Made by a program: the position numbers and the translations under genes
NCBI GenBank assembly: GCA_964016885.1
Contig: OZ024740.1
Coordinates: forward strand, 277,822,001 to 277,886,000
From: Eledone cirrhosa
Lineage: Eukaryota
Length of the DNA: 64,000 nt
Direction of reading: 5' to 3'
Shown here: positions 54,050 to 64,000 of the stretch, piece by piece
Layout: each line of letters starts with the position of its first letter
How positions within the stretch are numbered: position 1 is the stretch's first letter
The notes under the pieces: generated by a model
What the model was told of the DNA's origin: nothing
The model's input: only the letters and a program-made list of their open reading frames with translations
The model's database searches: none

Positions 54050-54744
54050 GAACTTAATTCGTTTTGTGATATTTTGCAATTTTGCAATAATAATATACTT
54101 ACTGAATTCATCCACCAAAATAAGGGTTGCCTCCCTTGTCGAGCCCCATGTGGGTATTGGTAACGGTCAATCCTTGGCCTGGCACTTGAACTAAAATCCT
54201 GTTGAGAAAGTGACGTCCTTGTTCAATCATCTTACCAAAAGCTTAACATTATTTGTCTCGGTGGATTGGCGGTATCGGTAGAAGGTCGGACGCCATGCTT
54301 TCCAGCATTGTTCTGTTCCTTTACGATCTGAGTTCAAATCCCGCCGAGGTTGACTTTGCCTTTCATCCTTACGGGGGTCGATAAAATCAAAGTACCAGTA
54401 ATGCACTGTGTAATTGCTGGCCTTGTGCCTAAAGTAGAAACAATTATTTGTCTAAGCGGACAGTACTTGATTTAGGAGTCGCAGAAACCCAAATGCTGGA
54501 TTTTAACCAACCATCCAGGGGTCCGGGTAAAGTTTTCAATCATACTTTTTTATTTTGTTTGACCCGAATTACTTGGTTGTTTCTATGGCTGTGCGATAAT
54601 GGTTTAACCATCGTCTCAGTGTGTTTGGCCTTTTAACGTATGTTGTAGCTCTGGTTCGTTAGAATTGATTGAGCGGTTGCCACACATCTCGGAAGTTGTT
54701 TTTCGCTAATTTCTAATAGCCGAAATACGATTCTCGCTAATTTA

Positions 54745-54745
<1 letters not shown>
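54050..54745 (+). mobile_element. Family B copy (Y-HHR-X); hammerhead 54198-54527 interrupted by a SINE (54259-54442)
   Basis: CCTG-TTGAGAA-a-GTGAC-g-TCCT...AGGA-GTCGC-a-GAA-ACCC...GGGT-C-CGGG; SINE TSD ATTATTTGTCT 54248-54258 / 54443-54453. Confidence 0.8.
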
Positions 54746-54796
<51 letters not shown>

Positions 54797-54946
54797 TGTG
54801 TGTGTGTGTGTGTGTGTATATATGTGTATATATATTTATATATATTTATGTAAGAGTGTATGTATATAAATATATATGTGTGTGTGTTTGTATGTGTGTG
54901 TATGTAGGTGCATATATGTGTGTATGTATATGTATATATGTAAATG

Positions 54947-54982
<36 letters not shown>

Positions 54983-55247
54983 CTTGGAACACTAAAATAT
55001 AGGAGAACAGACCGTTAAAATATGTTTATTTAAAACAGCACCTACGTACGTTTCGGCCGAATGGGCTTCTCAAATGCATAAATAACTAACGTTAACTTAT
55101 CTCTAAAAACACTTTTCTGGCCATGTAAGGAACACTTTTTAGTTATTTATGCCCTTGAGAAGCCTATTCGGGCGAAACGTACGTAGGTGCTGTTTTAAAT
55201 AGACATGTATTAACGATCTGTTCTCCTATATTTTACTTTTCCACGTG
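54983..55247. repeat. About 105-bp inverted repeat with a U3-A8 minimal hammerhead motif in each arm (55038-55077 minus, 55151-55190 plus)
   Basis: TTGAGAA-GCCT-attc-GGGC-GAA-ACGTACGT-A-GGTGC; stem I imperfect. Confidence 0.65.
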
Positions 55248-55404
55248 CTTACGCTCTGCTAATTCTCTCGCCCACTAGATATTAAAACCTCTAATATTTA
55301 ACACTGCCGGCACTAGTATTGAGCACCCTCTGCATACGCTATTTGGCAAATAACTACATGTATCACCTACCCCTCCTTTTTTCTCTCTCGATACGCAAAT
55401 ATTC

Positions 55405-55468
<64 letters not shown>

Positions 55469-55689
55469 ATGTGTGTGTATGCATGTGTATGTGTATGTGT
55501 ATATATATATATATATGCATATGCATATGTGTATATGTATGTGTATATATGCATATATATATATATATATATATACACATGTGTGTATGTGTGTCTGTAT
55601 ATATGTATATGTATGTGTATATATGTATTTATAAGAGTGTGTGTGTGAGCGCGGTCGTGGGCGCGTGTGCGTTGGCGTGTCTGCTTTTG

Positions 55690-56000
55690 ACCTTGTACTA
55701 ACCTACCATTTCCACAGATGTCCGATAAACTACTTGATATACCTTTTGTTAAAAATTGTACTATAGAATAAGGAAATGTTTATTTCCTTGCCACTAAACT
55801 TCTTTCTCTAAATAAATTTTATTTTTTCTAAGAATGCCCATCCTTTAATCCCACCATGACCTCTCCCCCCTCCAACCACTACCCTTCCCTTACCATACAA
55901 AATGTATAAGTACCAGAAATTTACATTGACAGTCGGTTTTCTGATGATTTCCTCTGAATGAAACAGTTCTAGTCCCTAGAAGCCATTTCTATATTAAATT
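55690..56000 (+). mobile_element. pLTR family A copy; hammerhead 55935-55984 with damaged stem III
   Basis: CTGATGATTTCCTCTGAATGAAACAGTTCTAGTCCCTAGAAGCC; reverse complement of the 34.7 and 49.0 kb copies. Confidence 0.75.
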
Positions 56001-56477
56001 ATATATATATATACACACACATTTATGCATAAGTGTGTGTATGTGCACCTATTTGTGTGTGCAAGTATTTTAAGGCTATTGTTGTCAGGGGTTAGTCTTG
56101 TGCTCCCCATGAAAAGCGTCATGCTTATCATGACGTTCTTTTTAAAGTAAATGCTAAAACCAATCTTTTAACTCGTCTGCCAGGATAAACAGTGGTGCAG
56201 CATACATATTCTAAATATCATATAAGCAGCATATATAAATATTCAGATATCTCTAAATATTTCGAACAGATAATTCCTCGATTGATTGGCATAGGTTTTT
56301 AATAGTTTATTATATGCTACAAATATCAGTCAAAATCGCTTAAAACCTTCAAATGTGAAGAGAACGTTAGATAAAAAATTATGAAATGTGTGTTACCCAT
56401 TATAAAGCTGATAAGAACTTATTCATATTTCCTATAATTGGCAAAGTAGTAGAAAATGATTGAGGACATGTTGTATA

Positions 56478-56646
56478 CGAGGACAGGCTGAAAATGTCAT
56501 AGGCTGACCAATATACTTTCATGAAATGACAACCAAATGAGATTTATTTTTCATATTATCCCTGGGCCGAAACAATGCATACAGGATTTCACTGCTCTAG
56601 CATCACACTTTCATATTCAGCCTATGAACTTTTCAGTCAACCCTTC
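56478..56646. mobile_element. mariner-type MITE
   Basis: TA-CGAGGACAGGCTGAAAATGTCATAGGCTGA...TCAGCCTATGAACTTTTCAGTCAACCCTTC-TA. Confidence 0.65.
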
Positions 56647-56706
56647 TACTTAATGTTATTGTCGTATCACAGATAGATTTGGTAGCATACATTATTAAAG
56701 TGAGTA

Positions 56707-57004
56707 AATCCCGCCGAGGTTAACTTTGCTTTTCATCCTTACGGGGTCAATCAAATAAAGTACCAGTAATACACTGGGATAATTTCTGGCCTTGTGCCAA
56801 AAAGTAGAAACAATTATTAATGTGAGTAAATAGGGCGGCGGGTTGGCAGTATCGGTAGAGGGTCGGAGGCCATGCATTGCAGCATAGAGTTACGGCCCTT
56901 TGTGATCTGAGTTCAAATCCGGCCAAGGTTCACTTACAGGGTCGATAAAATAAAGTACCAGTCACAAAATCGCTGGCCTTGTGCCTATATAAGAAACCAT
57001 TATT
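56707..57004 (+). mobile_element. Two tandem SINE copies with repeated flank ATTA(T)TAA(A/T)GTGAGTAA
   Basis: Consensus matches; the flank is seen three times. Confidence 0.8.
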
Positions 57005-58099
57005 AATGTGAGTAATAGTAGGTAAATAAATGAAAATAAATATATTGATGAAAACAAATAAATTCAACACGCCTTCAACATTCTAAATATACGATAAATA
57101 CATACCTTTACATTATACCAATCATAAATATCATAACTTGTCAAATTTACGTATTTCATCGTAGAATAAAAAAAATATCAATTTAATATACACTTCAAAT
57201 ATAGTATTAAATTTAAGTAGCTATTTGAGAATAAACTGCCGAAATAAATTGATAAAAGAAATCTAAGTTTTCATATATGTCTATTCCATTCATGAAAAAC
57301 AAGGAAGAAAAATGTAATTGTGTACAAATGATATACGTATTTACCGTTAACTCATCAGAAAATTGGTCGTGTATGTAAGTGTGTATATCCGTGTGAGAGA
57401 ATATGTCTGCGTGTGCCACTCTAACTCTTTGCATGTCATACAGTATGTTTCAGCTCCGTAAAGCCATGTTAATTATCTTTATTTGTTCTCTTTCCCCCTC
57501 CCTATAGGAAGTATTATTTATAATCTGGACACAAAACCAAAAATCAATTGGTGGAATTGGTTGATTAAATAATCCCCGATACATGACTAGTAATTTTTTT
57601 TATTAAAGTCTAAAGAACAGATGATGAAAATTGAACTCAGAACAGAAAGTGTCAGAGTCAATAATAGTCCTGCATTCTATGGGCTATGAGAGCTCAAGAC
57701 GTTAGACAGAAAGACGAAGAAGAAAACCTCAACTATCGAAACCTAGAATGTTGTAAACAAGGAATGGATTATTTTATTAAACACCTCGTCATTTTTGACG
57801 AGCAATATACTAGTGAATATATATATAGATATAAATATAAAGAAGAGATATGTATCATATGAAAGGAGGAGAGAGAGAAAAGTGTGGTACAGTATACTAG
57901 ACGCCAATAGCCGAAGCGAGGTGTGCTCAATGCTTAGGCATGCAGTGTTAAACATTATAGAAGGTTAATATTTAATGAAGATTAAGCTCAGAAGGTAAGC
58001 AGAGCAAGTATAACTAGTATAAATGGAGGAGAAGGCAATACGTAGCAGCAGGAATAACACCCATTATGGAAGTAATGACTGCACTAACATAAAAGCGCC

Positions 58100-58510
58100 A
58101 CATGGAAGACGCTGCCGTCATGTTTCATGGTATCTGCCTCCGTACAAGAGCATTGCATTTAATATACCTAAAATATTCTTTGCTATCTTGCAGAAAAAAC
58201 TTCCCGCCTAACCATAAATACTATAAAATCCTCAACAAAATAATTGTTTCTACTTTTAGCACAAGGCCAGCAATTATCCCAGTGCATTACTGGTGCTTTA
58301 TTTTATCGATCCCGTAAGGATGTAAGACAAACTTAACCTCGGCGGGATTTGATTCAGACTGTAAAGGGCCGTAACTCTTTGCTGCAATCTATGGTGTCAG
58401 GCCTTCAATCGATATTTCCAATAAAATAAAGTGAAAATATCATACTCCACAACCCCGAACTTAGCTGATCACATAGCCCCCAGTAACTACAGGAAGCTCT
58501 CTAAAATTAA
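58100..58510 (+). pseudogene. PLE linker-region fragment interrupted by a SINE (about 58244-58418, minus)
   Basis: RHVSWYLPPY..KIFF..KNFPPNHKYYKILNK|NKVKISYSTTPNL; TSD-like CAA(C/T)AAAATAA. Confidence 0.7.
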
Positions 58511-58752
58511 ACCTTTCTGTGATACTAACAATATAATGCCCAGTAATCTTACTTCTAGTAATTACAGATAGTTACAATAACACTAATAATTATCATAACA
58601 ATTACAATATTAACAACAGTAATCGTAGTATTGATAATAACAACAATAGCAATGGTAGTATTAATAACAACGGTAGAATTAATAACAACGGTAGTAACTA
58701 CAACAACAGCAACAACAGCAACAACAGCAACAACAACAACAACAACACCAAC

Positions 58753-58793
<41 letters not shown>

Positions 58794-58795
<2 letters not shown>

Positions 58796-59592
58796 GTTGA
58801 GAAGAGGAGACCTCAAAAAGGCTACAGAAGGAATGCTAATGGCTGCGCAGGAGCAGGCCCTCAAAACGAAGTGGTTGAAGCACCATATCTACAAGGAGGA
58901 GGCTAGCCCACTGTGCAGGATCTGTGGAGAGAGAGAGGAGACTGTGGCCCACATTGTGTCCGAGTGTAAACACCTAGCCCAGACCCACTATAAGGGCTGG
59001 AGACACGATGTGATGGGCAGGGTGATCCACTGGCACCTGTGCAAAGTAAACAATCTACCACATTCTGAGAAATGGTATGAGCATAGGCCAGAGGCGGTGA
59101 TGGAGAACAGTCAGGTGAAGGTGCTGTGGGATTTTAGGATACAGACGGACAAAAAACTGGAACACAATAGACCTGACCTGGTGGTTGTGGACAAAGAAAA
59201 ATGATCGTGCCTGATTGTGGATGTGGCCTGCCCGTTCGACACGAGAGTGCAAGAGAAGGAGAGGGAGAAAATTAACCGATACCAGGACCTAAAGTGGGAG
59301 GTGAAAAGGATTTGGAACTGCCATGAAGTCAAAGTGATCCCGATTGTCATAGGCGCACTGGGGACTATCTCCAAAGGTTTCCAGGGATGGTTAAAGAAAA
59401 TCGGCCCCTTCACGCTTTTTGGAACGCTTCAAAAGGCATGCTTGCTTGGAACGGCAAGAACCCTCCGATACGTCCTGAATATCTGAGGCTGCAGGTAGTG
59501 GCTTGATATTCAATCCAACGGACTTTCCAGTTAACCAACATCAATGACTGAGATTCAAGGAATAACAATAACAATAATAATAATAATAATAA
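58794..59592 (+). mobile_element. Dong/R4-like non-LTR retrotransposon 3' fragment in (AAT)n
   Basis: AAQEQAL, CRICGEREETVAHIVSEC (CCHC), RHD, LWDFRIQTD..RPDLVV..DVACP..EK..RY (REL endonuclease); one internal TGA; (AAT)n on both sides. Confidence 0.9.
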
Positions 59593-59631
59593 CCGCTTTT
59601 ATTCTGCATCGCACTTATACCATTAAGTAAA

Positions 59632-61242
59632 ATGCTCAATGAAACAAAACATGGATATAAAGTCTATGACAAAACCATTAATCACCTGTTCTACATGGAT
59701 GACCTGAAACTATTTGCAAAAAATGATGAACAATTGCAAGGGCTATTATCCACTGTGGAGCAGTTCAGTGATGACATTAAAATGGAGTTTGGACTAGATA
59801 AATGCGCCAAAGCAACGTTCACCAGAGGAAAGCTGCTGAAGAGTTCAGACATTAATCTTGATCGGAGGAATGTGATAAGAGAACTTGATCAAGAAAAAAC
59901 TTACAAATATCTAGGTGTTTGTGAAGGAGACCGAATCAAGCACTCGACAATGAGGGAAAGGATAAGGAAGGAATGTTACCGCAGAGTAAGAGCAATCTTA
60001 AGAACGGAATTGAATGCAAGGAATAGGATCGATGCTATAAACACGCTTGCCATACCAGTAGTAACCTACAGTTACAATGTCATCAACTGGTCAAGCACAG
60101 AGATCCGTAGGCTCGATACAAAAATTCGAAAATTCTTAACCATGCACAGAATGCATCACCCTAAGGCAGATATAGATAGAATATATCTCCCTAGGAAAGA
60201 AGGAGGACGTGGGTTAATTCAGTTAGACATTGCGTTGAAAACTGCAACAATTGGATTATCTACATATCTAAGGGAATCACATGATTGGATGATCAAACTC
60301 GTTTTGAAACACGAAAGCATCAAAAGATCATATTCCATTACAAAAGATGCACAAAGATACAGTAATGGACTACAAATTTCAGAAGTCCCATTTACTGCTG
60401 AAATGGAAAACACAGAAAAAGCAAAGCAGGTAAAAGTAACTGCAAAGAAAGAACTGCTACAGAAACTGGCTAAGAAATGGCAAGAAAAGCCTCTGTATGG
60501 AAAATACCCAGAGCGAGCTAACAATCCTGATGTTGACAAAACTTTAACCCAACAGTGGTTGGCATCCTCTGGACTGAAATCGGAGACTGAAGTACTGATT
60601 ATATCAGCACAAGATCAGTGTCTGCCAACAAAAAATTACCAAGCCAACATAATAAAAAATGGATGCAGCCCATTATGCCGTGTATGCAAAAAACAACCAG
60701 AGACCATTGACCATATAATTTCAATGTGCAGTCCTATAGCTCCAACCGAATACCTAAACAGGCATAACAGAGCTGCACAATACATACATTGGATAATGTG
60801 TAAGCATTTTGACCTGCCCCATCAAAAGAATTGGTGGGAGCATCAACCACCTCCCATACTTGAAAAAGATCACATCTCAATCTTGTGGAACTTTAGCATC
60901 CAAACAGACCGAAAAATAGATGCAAATAGACCTGATATAATATTGAAGGACTTTAAAAAGAGGGTATGCCTGCTAATTGATATGTCAGTTCCAATAGACA
61001 AGAATGTATCTATAAAAACATTTGAAAAATTGAGCAAGTATAAGGACCTGGAGATAGAAATTGGAAAAATGTGGAAATTGAGAACTAAAACAATACCAGT
61101 GGTTGTAGGCGCTCTGGGAATGATACCTAAGGGGTCTAATGATTACTTATCGCAGATCCCAGGAAACCCGCGTATAGGAGAAATACAAAAGATAGTACTA
61201 ATGGGAACTGCCCATATACTAAGGAAGATTCTGTCAATATAA
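59632..61242 (+). CDS. 5'-truncated Dong/R4-like ORF (RT domains 5-7, CCHC finger, REL endonuclease), open over 536 aa
   Basis: HLFYMDDLKLFA, FGLDKC, YKYLG, LPRKEGGRGL, CRVCKKQPETIDHIISMC, RHN, RPDIIL..IDMSVP..EKLSKYKDL; 3' UTR ends in (TAA)n at about 61383-61400. Confidence 0.9.
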   Translation: MLNETKHGYKVYDKTINHLFYMDDLKLFAKNDEQLQGLLSTVEQFSDDIKMEFGLDKCAKATFTRGKLLKSSDINLDRRNVIRELDQEKTYKYLGVCEGDRIKHSTMRERIRKECYRRVRAILRTELNARNRIDAINTLAIPVVTYSYNVINWSSTEIRRLDTKIRKFLTMHRMHHPKADIDRIYLPRKEGGRGLIQLDIALKTATIGLSTYLRESHDWMIKLVLKHESIKRSYSITKDAQRYSNGLQISEVPFTAEMENTEKAKQVKVTAKKELLQKLAKKWQEKPLYGKYPERANNPDVDKTLTQQWLASSGLKSETEVLIISAQDQCLPTKNYQANIIKNGCSPLCRVCKKQPETIDHIISMCSPIAPTEYLNRHNRAAQYIHWIMCKHFDLPHQKNWWEHQPPPILEKDHISILWNFSIQTDRKIDANRPDIILKDFKKRVCLLIDMSVPIDKNVSIKTFEKLSKYKDLEIEIGKMWKLRTKTIPVVVGALGMIPKGSNDYLSQIPGNPRIGEIQKIVLMGTAHILRKILSI

Positions 61243-62249
61243 GTACATCACAAGTCTAAACACTAAAGATGCATGTGTATGTATGTTCTTCCTTGAACAT
61301 GGCGGACCTTGTTGTCTCTTGAGGTCACTGGTTGTGACTTGGTGATAACTCGTATGAACATAAAGCAAGATAAATGCAACTGTAATAATAATAATAATAA
61401 TGTTCTTGTGATGCCTTCCTCATTTAGTGGGAATACTATGATGTCTGTCTTAGCAGGAGGTAGTGGGAGAGAATAGCGGCGGTAGCGATAATGAGGCAGT
61501 GGTGGTGGTGATGTGATCGTAGTACTGTAGTGATGGTGTTGAAGTTGAAGTAGAAATAGAAGTTGAGGTAACTTGACTAGAGTTTTTGGCGTGGTAGTGG
61601 TGATGGTGGCGGTGGTGGTGTTGGTGGTGAAATTATTTGCCGGTCTGTCCACTTAGCCATTTTTCTCTTTTTCGACTATAACATTTCTGATCCAAAATTA
61701 AATATTAAATATTGGGGCCCTATGCCGTAATGGGATGCGTTGTCGCCTGCTGAGGGTTAAAACTGTAATCTTATACTTCATTTGTAATAAGAATTATTCT
61801 ATCACAGTTGTTTTAAATAAGTAAAAATCAAAAACTTACGGGAGCGATTCCATAACGATATATATCCACCATGTGCGTTTTCTTCCCTTAGATATAAATA
61901 GACTGATTTGATGACACGGTCAAAAAATTAAAAAAAATAAAAAATAAAAATAAAAACAGCACAGCAGCAACGACAAACGTAAAGAAAAGAAAAAAGAAAG
62001 AAAAAACAAACAGACAGACAGTCAAGCAAAAAAAACTAAGTCAGACATTCAAACATTACATTACAATGAAACTTATGATTATTTTGGTTTTTTTTTACCT
62101 ATTTGTTTGTTTGTTTATTTATGTTCGTCTACAGCGTGATAGTGCCACGCTAAAATCACCGAGGGTGATCAAATCACCGGAGGTTATGTAACCATACATT
62201 CACCAATCCTCGATAAGAGTGTTTCAATGTTGAAACTAAACAGTTCGAA

Positions 62250-64000
62250 TATGGTGAAGTGGAGACTGGAATGTCATGTGACAGACTCTCACCCAGCAGG
62301 TGCTCCCTGGCTCAGCAGCAGGGACCTGGCTGTCAACCAAATACTGCTGGTATCGGAGGAAGAAGAAGGAAAGGAACAAGAACCAACTGGACGAAAGAAT
62401 TGAATAGAACTGTTATGCAACGTTACCTGAAGAGTAACCCCAAGGAAAAAGGCTATAGGAAACGGATCCATAACATCTGGAACGAGATTGGTCTATTTAA
62501 ATTAGATGAACAAAAATTGGCCGGGCAGGCTCGGGTAATAAGAACTAATGGGTGGATAAGCGAACTGGAACTGGAGGAACTGAGCAGAGAGATTAGGTTG
62601 GAAATGGAGAGTGGAGTATGTCAGGCAAACGAGCCAGTGGGAAATGAAGGTGAAGAGGTTGAGAGAACGGAGGACCCATCCGAAGCAGACAATGATCTGA
62701 ATGCTGAAATAAATAATTGTTTCTACTTTAGGCACAAGGCCAGCAAATATCCAGTGCATTACTGGTACTTTATTTTATCGACCCCGTAAGGATGAAAGGC
62801 AAAGTTAACCTCGGCGGGATTTGAACTCAGATCATAAAGGGAGGTAACTCTATGCTTCAAAGCATGGCGCCCGACCCTCTACCAATACTGCCAATCCACA
62901 AATAATACCCGGAACAAAGATACGGTCATTGAGGATATGAATGCTGACGGGCTAGGACAAATATTTGGTTGATATCCTAAACTTAGTAGTAGATGAAATG
63001 AACAATGATAGTGGGAAATCTATGAACCTAAGATTTGTAGACAGGAAAAAGTTAAAAGAAACAGCTAAGGTAAACAAAGTCATCCCATACCTTGAGGCGA
63101 AGAGCCTTCACCAGTGCAACAATTACTTGGCATAAAAGCGAGAGGAAACAAAATACAAGAAAGATCAGAACCTTGGTGGAAGAAACGACTGAATGGTCAA
63201 ATCAGAGAAATGAGAAATGACATTGGAAAGCTTGAGTCCCTACTGAATGGGACACTAAAAAACATAGACACTAAAAATAGACTGGAAATAAAGTACAAAA
63301 CTAGGAGGAAAAAGCTAAATATTATCATAGAGGAACTGAAGCAACGCATTGTAGCAAAGAGTGCAAAAATTAGGCGTATTAAATTAGGCGTATTAAAGTC
63401 ACATCTGAACAGTAGGAATGCCATAAGTGCAGTAAATTCACGAGCTGTGCCTATTATTATGTACAGTGCGGGAATTCTGAGATGGAATGTTGCTGAACAA
63501 AAAGAAATGGATAGGAAGACTAGGAATCTATTGACTAGCTACAACATGTTCCACAAGAGGAGTGATGTCTATAGACTCTACTTAAGGAGATCTGAAGGTC
63601 GAAGAGGTCTTATCAGCATAGAGGACTGTGTTCAGATGGAGAAAAACAACCTACACAAATACGTTACTGATAGTAAGGAGCCAATGCTCAGAATTGTACT
63701 GAAGGAGAGGACCAGGGGATGTCCAAAGAGGAAATAACAACGAGGAGAAAGAGAAGCCTTCATTAAAAATCCCTTCATAGTACCTTCTTTGAGAAACCTG
63801 AATTCAGAGATCCACTGACATGGAACTGGTTGAAAAGAGGAGACCTTAAAAAGGCTACAGCAGGCCCTCAAAACGAAGTGGCTGAAAAACCATATTTACA
63901 AGGAGAAGGCTAGCCTACTGTGCAGGATCTGTGGAGACAGAGAGGCGACTGTGGCTGACATTGTATCCGAGTGTAAACACCTAGCCCAGACTCACTATAA
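62250..64000 (+). pseudogene. Dong/R4-like element with N-terminus, SINE insertion (about 62712-62898, minus) and internal loss of the RT core; runs off the window
   Basis: WTKELN..GYRKRIHNIW, PWWKKRL..EELKQRI fused to LNSRNAISAVNSRAVP..YSAG..LYLRRSEGRRGL; 63830-64000 is highly similar to 58795-58995. Confidence 0.85.

Noticed and set aside
62130-62250. Possible HDV-like ribozyme at the LINE 5' end (TCCTCG, hairpin, CTAA)
   Set aside because: I could not build P1, P1.1 and P2 pairings by hand; only isolated hairpins are present.

Overview
AT-rich, microsatellite-laden, repeat-dominated eukaryotic DNA, most likely from an octopod cephalopod (inferred from the tRNA/Nin-type SINE and the abundance of (TA)n/(CA)n tracts; not verifiable here). 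No host gene is confidently identifiable, and most ORFs in the track are microsatellite artefacts. The window holds: a decayed RepHel Helitron (about 5.8-9.7 kb, minus strand); a non-autonomous Helitron with a provable empty site (29620-30570); at least seven Penelope-like element (PLE) remnants, most Naiad-like (YRDD RT, CxCx5C linker, GIY-YIG); three Dong/R4-like REL-endonuclease LINEs, the first two flanked by (AAT)n; CRE- and RTE-like 3' fragments; mariner-type MITEs; and about 20 copies of a 190-bp SINE. The most striking layer, invisible in the ORF track, is about 20 type I hammerhead ribozyme motifs that I folded by hand, from at least 8 unrelated sequence families. Many have long stem II or stem III insertions, and four families use the covariant U3-A8 core (UUGANAA). 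One roughly 600-nt non-coding hammerhead family occurs in circularly permuted copies, like a retrozyme, and two of its copies carry independent SINE insertions in the ribozyme loop. Many of these elements sit next to (TA)n tracts and form long inverted repeats. All folds are manual and ribozyme activity is untested.
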